Positions 23,804 to 37,880 of a stretch of 64,000 bases of DNA are shown here, one piece after another. Every line of letters starts with the position of its first letter. Position 1 is the stretch's first letter. The notes under the pieces are model-generated. The model ran no database searches. It had not been told where the DNA came from and saw only the letters and a list, made by a program, of their open reading frames with translations. Position numbers and translations under genes: made by a program. The stretch covers positions 220,622,863-220,686,862 of the forward strand of contig NC_052151.1 in NCBI RefSeq assembly GCF_902713615.1. Reading direction: 5' to 3'. The DNA comes from Scyliorhinus canicula. Its lineage: Eukaryota.

Positions 23804-25599
23804 CTCTCCCTCCCCCCCCCTCTCCCTCTCCCCCCCCCTCTCCCCCCCCCCTCTCGTCCGGACATGCACATATGAAATGAGGAATTATTCCTGAATATTC
23901 TCGACAAATGTATCTTTATCTAAACCCGTCGATCTCTTGCTGTCCCAGTTAATGTTGGGTAAGTTAAACTCCCTTACTATTAACACCCTATTTTTCCGTC
24001 AGTGATCTGTAATCTCCTTACATATTTGCTTCTCGATTTCCCGCTGACTATTTGGGAGCCTGTAGTTCAATCCTATCAAAGTGATCCCTCCCTTCGTATA
24101 GACTAATCTTGAATTTATATCGATAACTCAATAATCTTGACCTTAAATAGGTGCATTAGCTGCACTTATTTGACTTCCAACATGAACCTGGAACGCTACT
24201 GTGACGTGTGGAGTGACATGCTGAAGAGATTGAAAATGCATTATGGCTTGCTGGGCGAATTGTGGGCAACAATATCAGACGATACCTACTCACCAATGAC
24301 AGGCGCATTTAGCCCAGTTGTTATTCTCCAGGGTCATGCTAACCTTGACTTCATTGCAGCGTATGTTCAAACATGGACAAATGAGCTGAACTCAAAAAGT
24401 GACATTCGAGTGGTTGTCCTTCATGTCAAGGCAGCATTTCAATAAGGGCCGCCTGCAAAGTGGCGTAAATAGGAATAAGGGGAAACTCTCAACTGGTTGG
24501 GGGTATGGCTAGCACAATGGAAGACACTTCTGATTTTAGTCGATCAATAATCTCGTTCCCTGGCGAAACGTCAGTTGTTCCACAGGGTAGTCTTCTCAGC
24601 CCATCAATCTTCAGGTGCTTCATAAATTACTATTCCCCCTTCATAAATCAAATGCTGGATTGGTCACTCATGTTTTCATCATGATCAGTACAATTCGGCG
24701 ATTCTATGATGCGGAGGTACCCTGTGCCCAGCTCTCGCAAGATCAGTAACACATTCTGAGTTGGGCTGACAAGTGGTAACCGCAATTTGAGCCACATAAT
24801 TAACAGACAATGACCATCTTCGACAAGAGAGAACCCATCCACCGCCCGTTCACAATCAATGGCATGACAATCGCGGAATCATCCACTATCAATGTCCTGT
24901 AAACCCCAACATTTAAAATTAATTTTTACGGGATGTAGGCTTCGCTGCTATGACAGCATTCTTTGCCCATCCTTACTTGCTGTTGAGAAGGTGGGCGGTT
25001 TTGAGCTTCCTCTTGAAACGTTGTGTTCCGTGTTGAGTAGGTACACCCACTATGCTATTAGTTCAAGGAATGTTGACGCAGTGACAGAAGGAAACGGCGA
25101 CATATTTTCAAATCAGGATGGTAAGTGACTTGGAGGGGAACTTGCAGGTGGTGGTATTACCATGTATCTGCGACCCATGTCCTAGATGACAACGGACGTG
25201 GGTTGGAAAGTTAATGCATGGGGTGCCTTGGTGAGCTCCTGCAGTGCATCTGGTACATGGTACAAACTGCTGCTGCTGTGCATCAGTTGTGGCGCGAATG
25301 AATGTTCACGCACGGGTAACAATGAAGTGGGCTATATCTTTGTTCCTTAATGGTGACGAGCTTCTTTAGGTTCTTCTGGAGCAGCCGTCATCCAGGCGAT
25401 TGGGGAGTATTCCATCATGCTTGTAGACTTTGGTGAATGAGAAGGTGAGGAACTCACCACAGGATTCGTCATCTCTGACCTGCTCTTGCAGCCACAGTAT
25501 TTATATGGCTGATAGAGTTCAATTTCTGCTGAATGGTAACTCACAAGATGTTGATCATGGATGATTCCGTGATGGCAATGCCATTAAATGTTAAGGGGA

Positions 25600-28500
25600 G
25601 ATTCTTTGGACAACATGTGGGGAGAAGACTAGTAGGAAGTGTCTGCAAATAGTGCACTGTGCTTTTAGCTCTTTTCGCAGTTTTTGAGGGTATTTGTGTT
25701 CAAACCCCCACTCGTTTATTGGAATGAAGTGCCCACATAGAAGAAATTCCCATGATCAAGAAGAAAAAGCCTTAATGCTGACGTTCGTCGCCTCAGTCGG
25801 AGGCTTCGAGTGGCTCGTCAATGGAGAAAATGGTGAAAGCAGCTACTGCGACATCGGCCACTCCACTAACGGCCGGGGTGCTTGCCGACAAAGGGGCAAT
25901 GCGTGCACTGAGGGGAAAGAACGCCATCAGGCTTGTCTAGGATGGCGGAGCAAAGCTGATAAAGACGCGGCGGCGTGGAGTGGGAGGGGCGGCTTAGTTG
26001 TTGAACAAAGCCACCCTCCATAACCGTTAAGTTCGATTTGGTGTGGTTTCCCCAGCACAGCTGAAAGGGACATTGGAGGGGAATTACTATATTTTTGATG
26101 TACCAGAGAAGGCTGATTCATTTGTAAAAATATCATCGACTGACCTCCGTTGGCGGCTGTGACGTGAGTGTTTGCACACAAGGCAGCTCCTACTTAAAGG
26201 CACAGAAAATACCTCTTTTTACTCGATAGTGGGTGGAATTTTGATGAAACGCTATAAGCGAAGGTGGGAGGAGTAGTTTCCCCCAAGAGTGGAATATCTG
26301 CTGGTTACCCAACTCGGCAGAAGACAGTGAGAGACCTGTGGTGCAGCAGCCGGTTAGAGCGGCTGCGGACAAAGGAATGGTGCAAGGTGGAAGGCCCAAT
26401 ATGGAGCAGTTAATGGCTTTTATTAAGGAGGGAGGAGATGTAGGAGGGTTGCTGGAAGGCCATCGAAGGAGCTGTGGCACCTCTGAAGAGGTCAATGGAA
26501 CGCGTGGCGAAGTGTTTGGAGGCTCAGGATTTGGACAGTCGGGAGATGGAATGAGTGATCTCGGACCACAATGATCGTGCGGTGGCTCTGGAGGCAGAGG
26601 TCGGGTTCCGAGGAGACCTTTGTAAAACGTCGAGGGCCAAGGTGGAGGAGCTGGATCATACCACGAGAAGACAGAACCTGCGAATTGTGTTCCTGTCTGA
26701 AGGAGTGGAAGGTATGAATGCAATGAGAAATATCTCGAAGATGCCGGCGCGACTGATCGTGGATCGTCTGCCATATAAGGCCGCTGAAGGCAGACGTCAA
26801 TAGTTTTGAAGCCGTCACGGGCAGTGCTTTGTGGAGAAAAATTTGTGGAGAAAGAGAAGTTTTTCCATTGGGCCAGGGAGAAGCGCACGTCCACTTGGCG
26901 GGAATAAAGTTCGGGTTTATCAGGACATTGGAGACGAGTTGGAGAAGCGGCGGGAAGGGATCAACAATGCCAAGGCAGTGCTGTATCGGCAGTGAAACAG
27001 GTTTGGGGAGCTCTACCCGGCGAAATTATGGGTGACATTCGCAGGCCTGGAGCATTACATCGACACCCCAAAGGCGTCCAAAGACTTCATTAAAGAGCAT
27101 AAGCTGGGGTAGAACTGAATAGACAATGATTGGGAACCGGGGTACTGGCACTTCGTAGTGTTTGGAAAAGTGGATTAAGGGATTGGGGAATTTTAGTCCC
27201 CTCCAGTTTGGAGTGTGTCCCTTTTTTGGGTTTGCTGTTTGCTGTTGGGATTGTAAGGGGTTGTAGGGGTAAAAAAATTATGTGGCGATGGATGTTCCCA
27301 TCCCTCCTATTTTATGGAATTGTTTATGTTTAACATCTGTTTGTTTGTTTTTGGAGAAGGCAGCCTGGTGTTCAGGAGAAGACTTTATTTGGGTGGGGGA
27401 GGGTAATGTCAGGAAGGAGCCTTCTTCCTTGAGGTGAGGACTTGGAGGAGAGTCAGAGGGTAGTCATTGGGCGCTGCCTTTCCGCAGCGGCTGCCATGCT
27501 CGCAGGGGATGCTGGGGAACGGAAGTCAGGTGTTGGGGAGAAGGTCGAGAGGGATGGCGGAGGCAGCGTGTGTGTGGAGAGAGGGTAAGGGGGTAAGGGA
27601 AGCAGGTTGTTGCGACGTGTCAGGGGGTAAGAAATTACATGGTCAGGTGCGAAGAAGGGGCCATCTGAGATGGGCTAGGTATAGAGTGGGATTAAGTGCA
27701 CGGGAGTTAAGTGGAGACACTGGACGCTGGAGGGGATTGGAGGCGTAAGCCTCCGGTAAGGCTCGTAATGTAGAACATCCAGGGACTGAATGGGCTCCTT
27801 AAAAGCTCGTGGGTGTTCGTGCACCACAGGAGTATGAAAGCAGGGGTGGTCTTTTTGCAGGAGACACACCTCCGTGTGAAGGACCAGGTTAGGATAAGGA
27901 CGGGGTGGGGTGGGCAGATTTTCCACTCGGGGTTTTATTGGAAATCGCGGGGTGGCGATGTTAATGAGCAACAAAACGGGATTGATGAGTTCAAAGGAGG
28001 TGAGGAATCCGGATGGGAAATATTCGATTGTGAGTGGTGTATTGGAAGGGGCGCTGGTGGTGTTGGTGACTGTGTGCCCCATATTTGGATGATGTGAATT
28101 TACATGGGGTTGCTGGCAGTTATCCCGGATTTGGCCATGCACCAGTCGATCATTGAAGCAGATTTTAACTGTGCCCTAGAGCCATGGGTGGAAAAGGTTA
28201 GCCCCAGCTCTATGAGTAGCGAACGAATGGCAAGAGAGATGGGGGTGCGGGGGTTATGGAGAGAATGAGTATGGTGGGCCTAAGGTGTAGTCGAGCATTG
28301 ATTACTTCGTAGTGAGTAGGGAGATTTTGGTTGGGTTGAAGGGGGTTGAAAATGCGGGAATAGTTATGTCGGACCAGGTGCTCCACTGGTTGGAGATTTG
28401 GTTTAGATCGAGATTAGTGCAGAGGCCGGGGTTGAGGTTTAATTCGGGATTGTTGGCAGAGGGAGTATTCCAGATATCCCACCGTGGAGGGTTTGGCGAG

Positions 28501-29163
28501 GAGAAAAATGTTGCAGAGGGAGTTGGGCAGGCTGTCAATGGGGGGAGGGGTGGGGGGTGGGATCGGGCAAGTCCGTGGGGGAAAGAGAGGTACAGTATGA
28601 GTATGGGAAGAAGGCGAGGCGTATGCTGGCACAGACGCTGCAGAGGCAGGCTGTATCCAGGTAAGTATTAAAGATACGGACTGGGGCTGAGAATGTGCTA
28701 CCGGAGCTGGGGACTTTACGAGCATGGGTATTTTCTCGACGAGCTGGAATCTACCCAGGTGGATGAAGCAAAGAGGCAGCAGTTGGTGGAGTCCCTGGTC
28801 TGAGGCAGGTACTGGATAGCATCAGGGGCATGAAGTCGGAGAAGGGCCCAGGGCCACATTGGTACCCAGCAGAATTTTCTGAAGAATTTGCGACGGACCT
28901 GGCAGCATGTCTGTTGGGGGCGTTTAATGATGTGCTGTAGAACGGGGAGTTGCTGGAGATGATGACACAAACAGTTATTCACTTTATTCTTTAAAAGTGT
29001 TACTCACTGTCAGTTGTTTAAGGGTTTAGTTTAATGTTGGGGGTTGCATTAATTTGAACTTTTGATTGTTTATTGTGTTCTTTTTGTATTGCAAATTTAA
29101 TTATCTGTTCTTATTACTGTGTTTCGAACACTAAAACTTGCAATAAAAATGTATTTTGAAAAA
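25600..29163 (+). mobile_element. Old, internally deleted L1 element
   Basis: ORF1 relic (RRQNLRIVFLSEGVEG, 26555-26803), EN relic (VVFLQETHLRVKDQVRIRTGWGGQ, 27813-28097), partial RT (gggccacattggtaccc...ttttctgaag), 3' UTR and AATAAA near 29141; homologous to the young L1 at 36.7-44.1 kb. Confidence 0.85.
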
Positions 29164-30611
29164 GAGATGGTTTAATTCCCTCTTATTAGAGATGGTCGTT
29201 GCCTGGCAATGGTCTGGCGTGAATATTAGTTTCACCTTGTCAGCCCTAGCCAAGATATTATCCAGGTTTTACTGCATTTTCCCGTGGAATGCGTCAGTGT
29301 CTGAGGAGCTGCAAATAGTGCTGAGTAGTGAAGCCATCATTGAAATCTGCACATATGATCACTTATTGGAAGGAATATAATTTATGAAGCAGCTAGGGAT
29401 TGTTGGTCCTAGGCCACGAGCCGAAGCAAATCATTTAGTGATGTCCAGGGAACAGGATGGCTAACCTGCAACAACCATACCCATCGTTCTTCGAGCGAGG
29501 AGTGTCCCCAATATATTGAGATTTTTCACTCTGATTCCCACTGACCAGTTTTGCTGGGGCTACCTTCATCCATACTCGATCAAATTATGCCTTGATGTCA
29601 AGGGCAATCACTCTCATCTCACCTCTGGAGTTCAACATTTTTGTCCATGCCTGAATCAAGGTTGTAATGAGGTCAGGAGCCGAGTAAAGCTTGTGGAACC
29701 CAGTTTTGTGACTGTATTGAAGCAAGTTGGCCTGAGGTGTGGCACGTTACGGAGTGCACGTTGTCAGTACTATTGCAGGAATATTGTTAGGGTCCATAGC
29801 CATTGCAGTATCCAGTACCTCCAGCCGTTTTTTGCTCTCACATGGGCGGATTCGAATTATTTAAATACCGTTATCTGTGATTCTGAAGACTCTGGAGGAG
29901 ACAGAGATTGTTCATCCACTTGCCACTTCTGGCTGAAGATTATTGCAAATTCTTCAATCTTGTCTACTGCACGGGTGTGCTGGGCTTCTCCATCATTGGT
30001 GATGGGGATATTTGTGGAGCCTTCTCCTCCTCCAGTAAGTTATTGAATTGTCCACCACCATTCACGATTGGATGTGGCAGGACTGCATAACTTAGACGTG
30101 ATACTTTGGTTGTCGGATGACTTACCTCTGTCTATCGCTTCCTGATTACGTCGTTTGGCATGCAAGTAGGTCTGTGTTGTAATTTCACCAGGTTGTCACC
30201 TCATTTTTCGGAATGCTTGGTGCTAATCCTGGTATGCAATCTTACACGTTTCTTTGAACAAGGGTTGATCCGCTGGCTGGGTGTCAAGATAGAATAGGAG
30301 ATATGCCAGCCTATCAGGTTACAGATTCTGGTTGTGTACAATTATTTTTCTGCTGATGACCCACAGCGCCTTATGGATTCCCCGTGTTGGGTTTTTTGAT
30401 ATGTTCTAAATATGCTATACTGAGCGCGATGGTAGTGCCACACAACACAATGGACGGCATCCTCAATGTGAAGATTGGACATCGTCTCCGCAACGAGAGT
30501 ACGGTAGTCAGCCCTACGGATATAGCAATGACAGGAGAATCGGCGGATAGAAGGTTAGAGGGGATGATGTCCACTAGTTTTTCTTCTTGCTATTTCCCTC
30601 ATCACCTTTGT

Positions 30612-30941
30612 GGGCAGCACGATAGCACAGTGGTTAGCATAGTTGCTTCACGGTCCCAGGTCGATTTCCGGCTTGGGTCACAGTCTGTGCAGAATCTGCA
30701 CGTTGTCGCCGTGCGTGCGTGGGTTTCCTCCGGGTGCACTGGTTTCCTTCACGGTCCAGGTTAGGTGGATTGGCCATTCTAAATAGCCCTGAGTGTTCAA
30801 AAAGGTTAGGTGGGGTGACTGGGTTACGGAGATCAAGGGTATAGGGTGGATGTGTGGAGCCTAGGTGGGGTGCTCTTTTCAAGGGACGGCGCAGAATCTA
30901 TGGGCCGAATGGCCTCCTTCTGCACTGTAAATTCTATGAAA
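30612..30941 (+). mobile_element. V-SINE (HE1-like)
   Basis: gggcagcacgatagcacagtggttagc head, V core, gcactgtaaattctatga tail. Confidence 0.9.
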
Positions 30942-31279
30942 ACCTGCCGTGGACAGTCTCGCAGTCGTCTCCTTTTGAACTCGACCATCTAAGTCAGTAG
31001 TGGAGCTACCAAGCACATCTTATGATAGAATGTATCCATCCACGCTATATTCTGTGCAATTGACACACTTTGTGCTTCCTCCAAATGGTATTCAACATGG
31101 AGGAGCACTAATGTATCAGCTCAGATTACACGATACGTGTTAATCAGCAGCAGGTTTCTGTGTGAATGTTGGACCTGAAGCCATGGGCTTTCATAGGGTC
31201 CAGAGTCGATGTTGAGGACTCCCAAAGCAACTCCCTCCACTATGCAAATTTGAAACAAGTTCTCTGAAGTGTTCAACAC

Positions 31280-33450
31280 TACTATGAGTAAAATCACAAT
31301 GTCATCCATATTGGGGGATTTCAACACAAGAGTAGGAGAAGTCCATGAGGCATGTTCTTCCAGTGCTGCATCCCATGCCCCGGGAAAGTTAAATAAAAAC
31401 GGGTAGAAACTAACAGGACAATAAAAGCAAATTACCGCGGATGCTGGAATCTGAAATAAAAACAGAAAATACTGGGCGATCTCAGCAGGTCTGGCAGCAT
31501 CTGTGGAGAGGACATGGAGTTAACCTTTCGAGTCTGGATGAAAACCCGAAGAAAAAAGGAAATAACTGCGGAAACTAACAGGGTTTTGCTGCGAGCACTC
31601 GCTTCGTGTAGTTAGCATTTCCTTTCGGAAGCAGCCACGCCACAAGTTGTCTTTGATGCTTCAAATTGCAGGTCATTGGCAACAGCTTGTTAGGACCATC
31701 GCCAGATCTGAATCCCTCAGGGCTTACTGTTTTCTGGATCCCTCGATGGTCTACACTATGTTGAGGATGGAACCTTTCTATTTTTTTTTTAACTCAAATC
31801 AAATCTGCGGTACTCGGGTCAACGTAGCAATACCGCCTACACAGATTAAAGGAAAACCCACATAAATGTGCCCCTTTAGGGAACTGGATCTCGTTGACGT
31901 TGACAGACCACAGTGAATGGAAAGATATTCCGAGACATCGACAATAGCAAACTCTTAACACAAGGGACACTAGAGAGCGGAAAACGTTAAGTAGTTCGAA
32001 ATCAATATCATGCTGCTGGAAACAATCATTGAAGTAAAGAGGTACATTCCCATTAAGAGGCAGGAGTGGGGCTGTCCGTCATCGCTGACAACAATATGCA
32101 CCTCTTGAAATGCGCGGGATAAAGCATGTGATGTTCTCTGGGGAGAACGGTGTCACCGAGTAGGATCTAAACACCACAGAAAGCCTGTCTTCCATGGCAG
32201 AGCTGAAACGGAATGCAGAATAGAGGAGTGTATAACAGTCATTGAATCCTTTGTCTTGGGGAAACCTCCAGGTGCTGACGATAAACCATCTGAATCCATC
32301 CAACACAGGCAATAAGCATTTCTGTAGCACGTTACTGATCTTACTGGAGCGACGCAGAGTGGACAGTGCCGAGGTATGATTGTGATGTAAATATTGTGAC
32401 CAAGCCAACCAGCAAACGTTGGCTGAGAACATTTTCCCAAATCACAATCTTATTTCATAAGTGGAAGCTGTACAATTGAAGTGACCTAAGTTCGCCTACT
32501 GAAGGGCAAATGTGTGACAAATGTGTACCGGATAAATTAAGCTCCTGCATCTCAATAAGGCAATAATACATTTGATCCGCCATGGTCCACTTAAGCCGCT
32601 GGAGAAAATTGGCTTTTTCCAAATCTTCCCTCGAAAAAACGTGGCGAAACCTATGCCAAATCAACGTTAGAACTCATTGAGCCCCACAGTGATGCCGAAG
32701 AGGATCAGGACTGTTTCCGAAAGTATCTTCTGCTTTTTTGTCATATGTGGACAGAACATCGACAGCGGATGGTAACATACATATGAGAACATATGGAAAA
32801 CCGTTCAACCTTGCTTGTCTGATATCAAATGCAAAGGCGAGAGAAACAGCAACTGAGTCCAGCAGAAGGTGACACACTAACAATCTATACCAAGGATAAC
32901 CGGTATATTTTCTGATCCCTTCACAGAATATGCTTTCAACATCAGTAACATGGAGAACATGCCATGGTCTATGATGTTACGATCATGCCATCATCTTCCA
33001 GATTTGACAATCTTACGCTGGAAGTTGTGGATAGTTTCACATATCTAGACTCCATTATTACCAGCAGTCTGTCGCTTCCTACTGAAATCCACACAAGCAT
33101 TGCAAAAGCTGCAAGTGCTATGTTGCAACTGTCTCAGGGATTGTGGTATAACAACAAATTTATTGAGACCATCAACTGCGACTTTGTCAAGCCTGCATTT
33201 TTACCACACGTCTCGAGATTGGTAACACGTGAGCATTATATGCTGGGCAAGATACATTACTGACCGGTATCGACCATCGGTGTCTCAGCATTACTCTGAG
33301 CATCTTTTGGCAGAACATTATCATGAATGAAGCGTTCCTGGAGAGTTATTCATCCAACAGCAAACACTGGCTCGGTCTGCGCTAGAAATCATCAAATGGA
33401 TATCGGTGCGTATTCACAGTTCTAAAGCGTGTTGAATTTGTCACTCTATC
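31280..33450 (+). mobile_element. Decayed RTE-clade LINE
   Basis: ILGDFNTRVG endonuclease relic near 31310; ...LTLEVVDSFTYLDSIITSSLSL..EIHTSIAKAASAM (32964-33263), typical of the RTE RT C-terminal part. Confidence 0.7.
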
Positions 33451-33489
33451 TCGAGTTATTTGGCATTCATACCTCTGCTAGATTGAGGA

Positions 33490-36400
33490 ACGGTTGAGGA
33501 CTCTGGGTCTGTACTTGTTGGAGTTTAGAAGGATGAGGGGAGATCCTATTGAAGCATACAGTGTACTACCAAGCCTGGATAGAGTTGACGTGGAGAGGTT
33601 GTGTACTCTTTTGGGAACAACTAGGACCAGAGGTCACGGTCTCAGACTAAAGGGACGATATTTTAAAATAGAGATGAGGAGGAATTTCTACATCCAGGGT
33701 GGTGCCTCTGTGGAACTCTTTGTCGCATTTGGCTGTGGAGGCCGAATCATTGAGTGTCTTTAAGACAGAGATAGATAGGTTGTTGATTAATAAGGAGATC
33801 AGGGGTTGTGGACAAAAGGCAGGAGAATTGCAATGAGGAAAATATCAGCTATGATCAAATGGCGGAGCAGACTCAAAAGCAAGAGTGGCTTAATTCAGCT
33901 CCTATTTCCTCCGGTCTTATGGTCTTATCACAGGTGCAAGCCATATATTAAGTTGGCGGATATTAACGTTGGAGAACGGGGTAGAATCTTTCACAGCAGG
34001 TGGCGTGGATGCTGACTATTTGGAAGGGAATTGATGAGATGTTCACAATCAGAAAATTGCCTCTGGTTGAGAAGCTGCACAGAGGAGAAAAAGGCCAGCG
34101 ATTCGTCCACCTCCCCATTGTCTTGATTGCCAGTAAATGCAGCAGAGATTGCCAGGCAAGTGTGCGGCTCCTTAAACACACCAACCAATGCTTAACAAGG
34201 ATTTGTCCACCAAAATATAACGGGCACTTTGTGAGACGGAAGGTAGCCACCGCATAAATAACCTTGCCTGATACATTCAATCAGTCAAATCAGCAGCTTT
34301 CTTGGGAGAGAGTTTGCGAGATTCCCTCCAGCCATTCGTGGACAAGTGTTTCATGAAAATGTCACCGGGAGGGCTTTTTAATGTTCGGTTAACTCTGCAT
34401 TCAACATCGGCCGTAATTAACAGAAATGCAGTTCGCTTTAGTCAACATGTAATTGAATGTATTGGAAGCAAATTTTACTCTTGAGTTACCATTGTTTCTC
34501 CATGAATAATTCTATATAACATATCTAATGCGGACGAGTCTGCTTTTCCTGACTGGCCTGCCGGGGTTCCCAATTAGATCATAACAGCCGAATAGTATGT
34601 TCAGAAACAGGGAAGAGACACAGAACATTAGCACAATGGCAGAACAGCATTTCGTAAAGGAACGAAGACAGAGAGTGCTCGGCGATGTTGAGTTCCAAAG
34701 TTGAAGTCGATGGACTCTACTTTAATACTATGAGTATTATACGTAATACTTATATCACGAACCTCGCTGACTTTATCGGCTTGAGACCTGTTGAACACAG
34801 CAGTTTGTGAGGGTGTGTAGTTTTTCTTTTGGAATGGTGTGAGATACATACGAACAGGACTAGACTATGCTAAGACAATTGTGATTATGAACTACGAAGC
34901 ACATAGTTTATTTAGAGCGTAACCCTTTTTCCAAAATACGTCTGCGATACCTTAAATCTTAAGAGTTCCCCTTTCCACCAACCAACATGCAAGTTAAATA
35001 GATCCATCAATTAAATCCAATTTATAATCATCACACAATGCAGGTCCGATGATTAAGTCTGGGAAACGTATTTCCCTTTTCCAGTGAAGGCACTTAAACT
35101 CCCGTTACAAGGGTTATGAACTGCCATGGTTCTAAGACTTAGAGGATGTTAGATGTAAAAGTGGCACTCTTGACTGATAGATGTAAAAAAAAGGTCTCCA
35201 GGCTTTTAGATGTAAACTGGTCTCTATTGCCTAAGAGGTTGCTCGCAATTATATCACTGTTCCCCTACGATTTTGGATGCCGTGCATTTGCCTGTCTACC
35301 CCGCTCAATTTGCTTGACCCTAGAAATTACCAGGTGTATGCGTCACGTTTCGCCGAACCGCCGAGGTAAGCTTTTCAACTATTAAAACCAAAGAGAAAAC
35401 GATGGCAAATCTCAGCAGGTCTGGCAGCATCTGCAGAGAGAGATAAGAGCTAACGTTCGCAGTACAGATGACCGTTTGTCAAAGCTAATAGGTATTTCAC
35501 ACCTGATTCTCTGCAGGTGCCTGGTAATCTCGTATGCAGGTTATTGCTCTTTTTGGCATACTTCTACAGATATCCGTGCACATCACATTCTATTATGTCT
35601 TGTAAAATTCGTGTCACTTCTGTTGCTAAACAAATGCATGACACTGATGCAATTCATGATATGGATTGACACGTGGAAATGTGATATGATTGCAGAGATG
35701 TGGTTGAAGGATGGGCAGGGCTGGCAATCAACAGTCATTGTATAGGATGTTCAGGCAAGACAGGGAATGGTGTAGAAGTGAGGTGGTGTAGTAGTGAGGT
35801 GTTAATTGTGACGGACTATTCATTAATGAGTCGTTTACTCCAGTAAGTTGAGGAGGGGGTCCAATGTAGGTTCTGTCAATGTGGAGTTTGCACTACCATC
35901 ACGTGTCTGTGTGGTCTCACCACAACCCAAAGATGTACAGGGCATGTAAACAGTACTATGCCCCTTAATCTGAAACATTAATAGCTTTGTGGGTAAAGCT
36001 CAGGATGAAAAGTAGCATTTACATCGCTGTAAGTGTCAAAGTTAGTGTTATGTATGGATCTCCAAACAGTCAGCGAGCAATAGAGGAACAAATATGTAGG
36101 CAATTCAATGCATGTGCAAAAATAATAATGGGGTTATTATATTAGCTAACGCGGAAATAGGTGTAATGTACGAAGATAAAAGCAAATTACTGCGGACGCT
36201 GGAAACTTAAACACAACAGAGAACACTGGACAATCTCAGAAGATCTGCGAGCATTTCTCGAGAGAGAAGGGAGCCAACATTCCAAGTCTGGATGAAGTTA
36301 GCAAAGTGTCATGAAGAGTTTCACCAAGATTTTGCCTTGGACGGAGCATTATGAAGAGAGGCTGGATAGGCTCGGGTTGTTTTACTTGGAGCAGGGAAGG

Positions 36401-36600
36401 TTGAGTAGGGGCCTGATTGAGGTGTAAAAGATTATGAAGAGTATTGTTAGCGTGAGTAAGGAACAGCAGGCCCCTTGAGTTGAAGTATTAATGCCGAGTC
36501 AACATAATTTTAAGGTGAGAATAATGGTGTTGAGAGGAGGTTTGAGGGTTTTCTTTTCACCTGGATATTGTTGCGAGTGTGCAATGTCATGTTTTGGAGG
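33490..36600 (+). mobile_element. Fragmentary CR1 relics (33490-33925; ~35690-36600) with Penelope-type hairpin relics (~35385-35560, 36175-36300)
   Basis: ORF 33494 RTLGLYLLEFRRMRGDPIEAY...; cagcaggtctggcagcatctg..gagag motif shared with 31420-31560 and 48260-48445. Confidence 0.6.
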
Positions 36601-36765
36601 CTAGTAGGGTCGGGAAAACTCACAATCTCTGCCACGGTAGCACAGTGGTTAACAATGTTGCGTCACGGACTTCCGGGCGGCGAGCGAGGAGGTCGCAGGG
36701 AGAGGGGCTCCCGCAAGCGGTGGACAGCAGGAGGAACAGCCCCCCCCCCCCCCCGACAGGCCGGA

Positions 36766-37880
36766 CGGCGGAGGAGCCGGAGCGGGAGCCGAGGAGACGG
36801 AGCCGAGGAGCCGGGGAGCCGAGGAGCCGGGGAGCCGAGGAGCCGGGGAGCCGAGGAGCCGAGGAGCCGGGGAGCCGAGGAGCCGAGGAGCCGAGGAGCC
36901 GGGGCGGAGGAGCCGAGGAGCCGGGGAGCCGAGGAGCCGAGGAGCCGGAGCGGAGGAGCCGAGGAGCCGGGGAGCCGAGGAGCCGAGGAGCCGAGGAGCC
37001 GGGGCGGAGGAGCCGAGGAGCCGGAGCGGGAGCCGAGGAGCCGGAGCCGAGGAGCCGGAGCGGGAGCCGAGGAGCCGGAGCGGGAGCGGAGGAGCCGGAG
37101 CGGAGGAGCCGGAGCGGCGACAGGAGGGCCCAACAGCAGCAGGTCCATCCCCTCTCCCTCCCCCCCCCCCCACGCGGGCCAGGAGCGGTGCGGCGGCGGC
37201 CCCTCTTCTCTCCCCCCCCCCCCCACGCGACCCAGGAGCGGTGCGGCGGCGGCGGCCCCTCTTCTCTCCCCCCCCCCCCCCCACGCGGGCCAGGAGCGGT
37301 GCGGCGGCGGCGGCCCCTCTTCTCTTCCCCCCCCCCCCCCCCACGCGGGCCAGGAGCGGTGCGGCGGCGGCGGCCCCTCTTCTCTCTCCCCCCCCCCCCC
37401 CACGCGGGCCAGGAGCGGTGCGGCGGCGGCGGCCCCTCTTCTCTTCCCCCCCCCCCCCACGCGGGCCAGGAGCGGTGCGGCGGCGGCCCCTCTTCTCTCT
37501 CCCCCCCCCCCCCACGCGGGCCAGGAGCGGTGCGGCGGCGGCGGCCCCTCTTCTCCCCCCCCCCCACGCGGGCCAGGAGCGGTGCGGCGGCGGCGGCCCC
37601 TCTTCTCTTTCTCCCCCCCCCCAGCCAGCAGCGGGGACCCCCCCCCCCCAGCCAGCAGCGGGGACACAACCCCCCCCCCCCCCCCAGCCAGCAGCGGGGA
37701 CACAACCCCCCCCCCCCCCCAGCCAGCAGCGGGGACACAACCCCCCCCCCCCCCAGCCAGCAGCGGGGACACAACCCCCCCCCCCCAGCCAGCAGCGGGG
37801 ACCCCCCCCCCAACCAGCAGCGGGGACCCCCCCCCCCAACCAGCAGCGACCACCCCCCCCCCCCAACCAGCAGCGACCAC
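36766..37880 (+). repeat. Three GC-rich tandem arrays in the L1 5' UTR
   Basis: (GGAGCCGA/GGAGCCGG)n ~36766-37112; about 8 x ~58-nt CnACGCGGGCCAGGAGCGGTG(CGG)nCCCCTCTTCTCT ~37150-37612; about 9 x ~30-nt CnAGCCAGCAGCGGGGACACAA ~37612-37880. Confidence 0.95.

Larger units (their letters stand above)
18190..24100 (-). mobile_element. Old CR1-type LINE (minus strand) interrupted by younger SINE/CR1 insertions and the assembly gap
   Basis: Decayed RT pieces (MLKLYKILVRQQMEYCVQFWSPCY 21151-21399; KSPDGPDEMYPRILLE...NYRPVSFTSVVVKLLECI 22616-23101) and 3' tail near 18190-18320. Confidence 0.75.
24100..31260. mobile_element. Decayed second CR1-clade LINE family: plus piece ~24100-24920; minus pieces ~24930-25600, 29165-30600, 30945-31260
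   Basis: ORF 24137-24445 ...QGHANLDFIAAYVQTWTNELNSKSDIRVVVLHVKAAFQ resembles the CR1-clade RT segment before the DxxxAFD motif; homologous text on the opposite strand at 29.5-29.7 kb. Confidence 0.65.

Noticed and set aside
34628-34849. Minus-strand ORF in unique sequence with a possible acceptor
   Set aside because: No recognisable domain or partner exons; length compatible with chance.
36766-37112. Resemblance of the GGAGCC array to an Ig class-switch region
   Set aside because: It lies inside the TSD-bounded L1, and units are GAGCC/GAGCG rather than AGCT/GAGCT.
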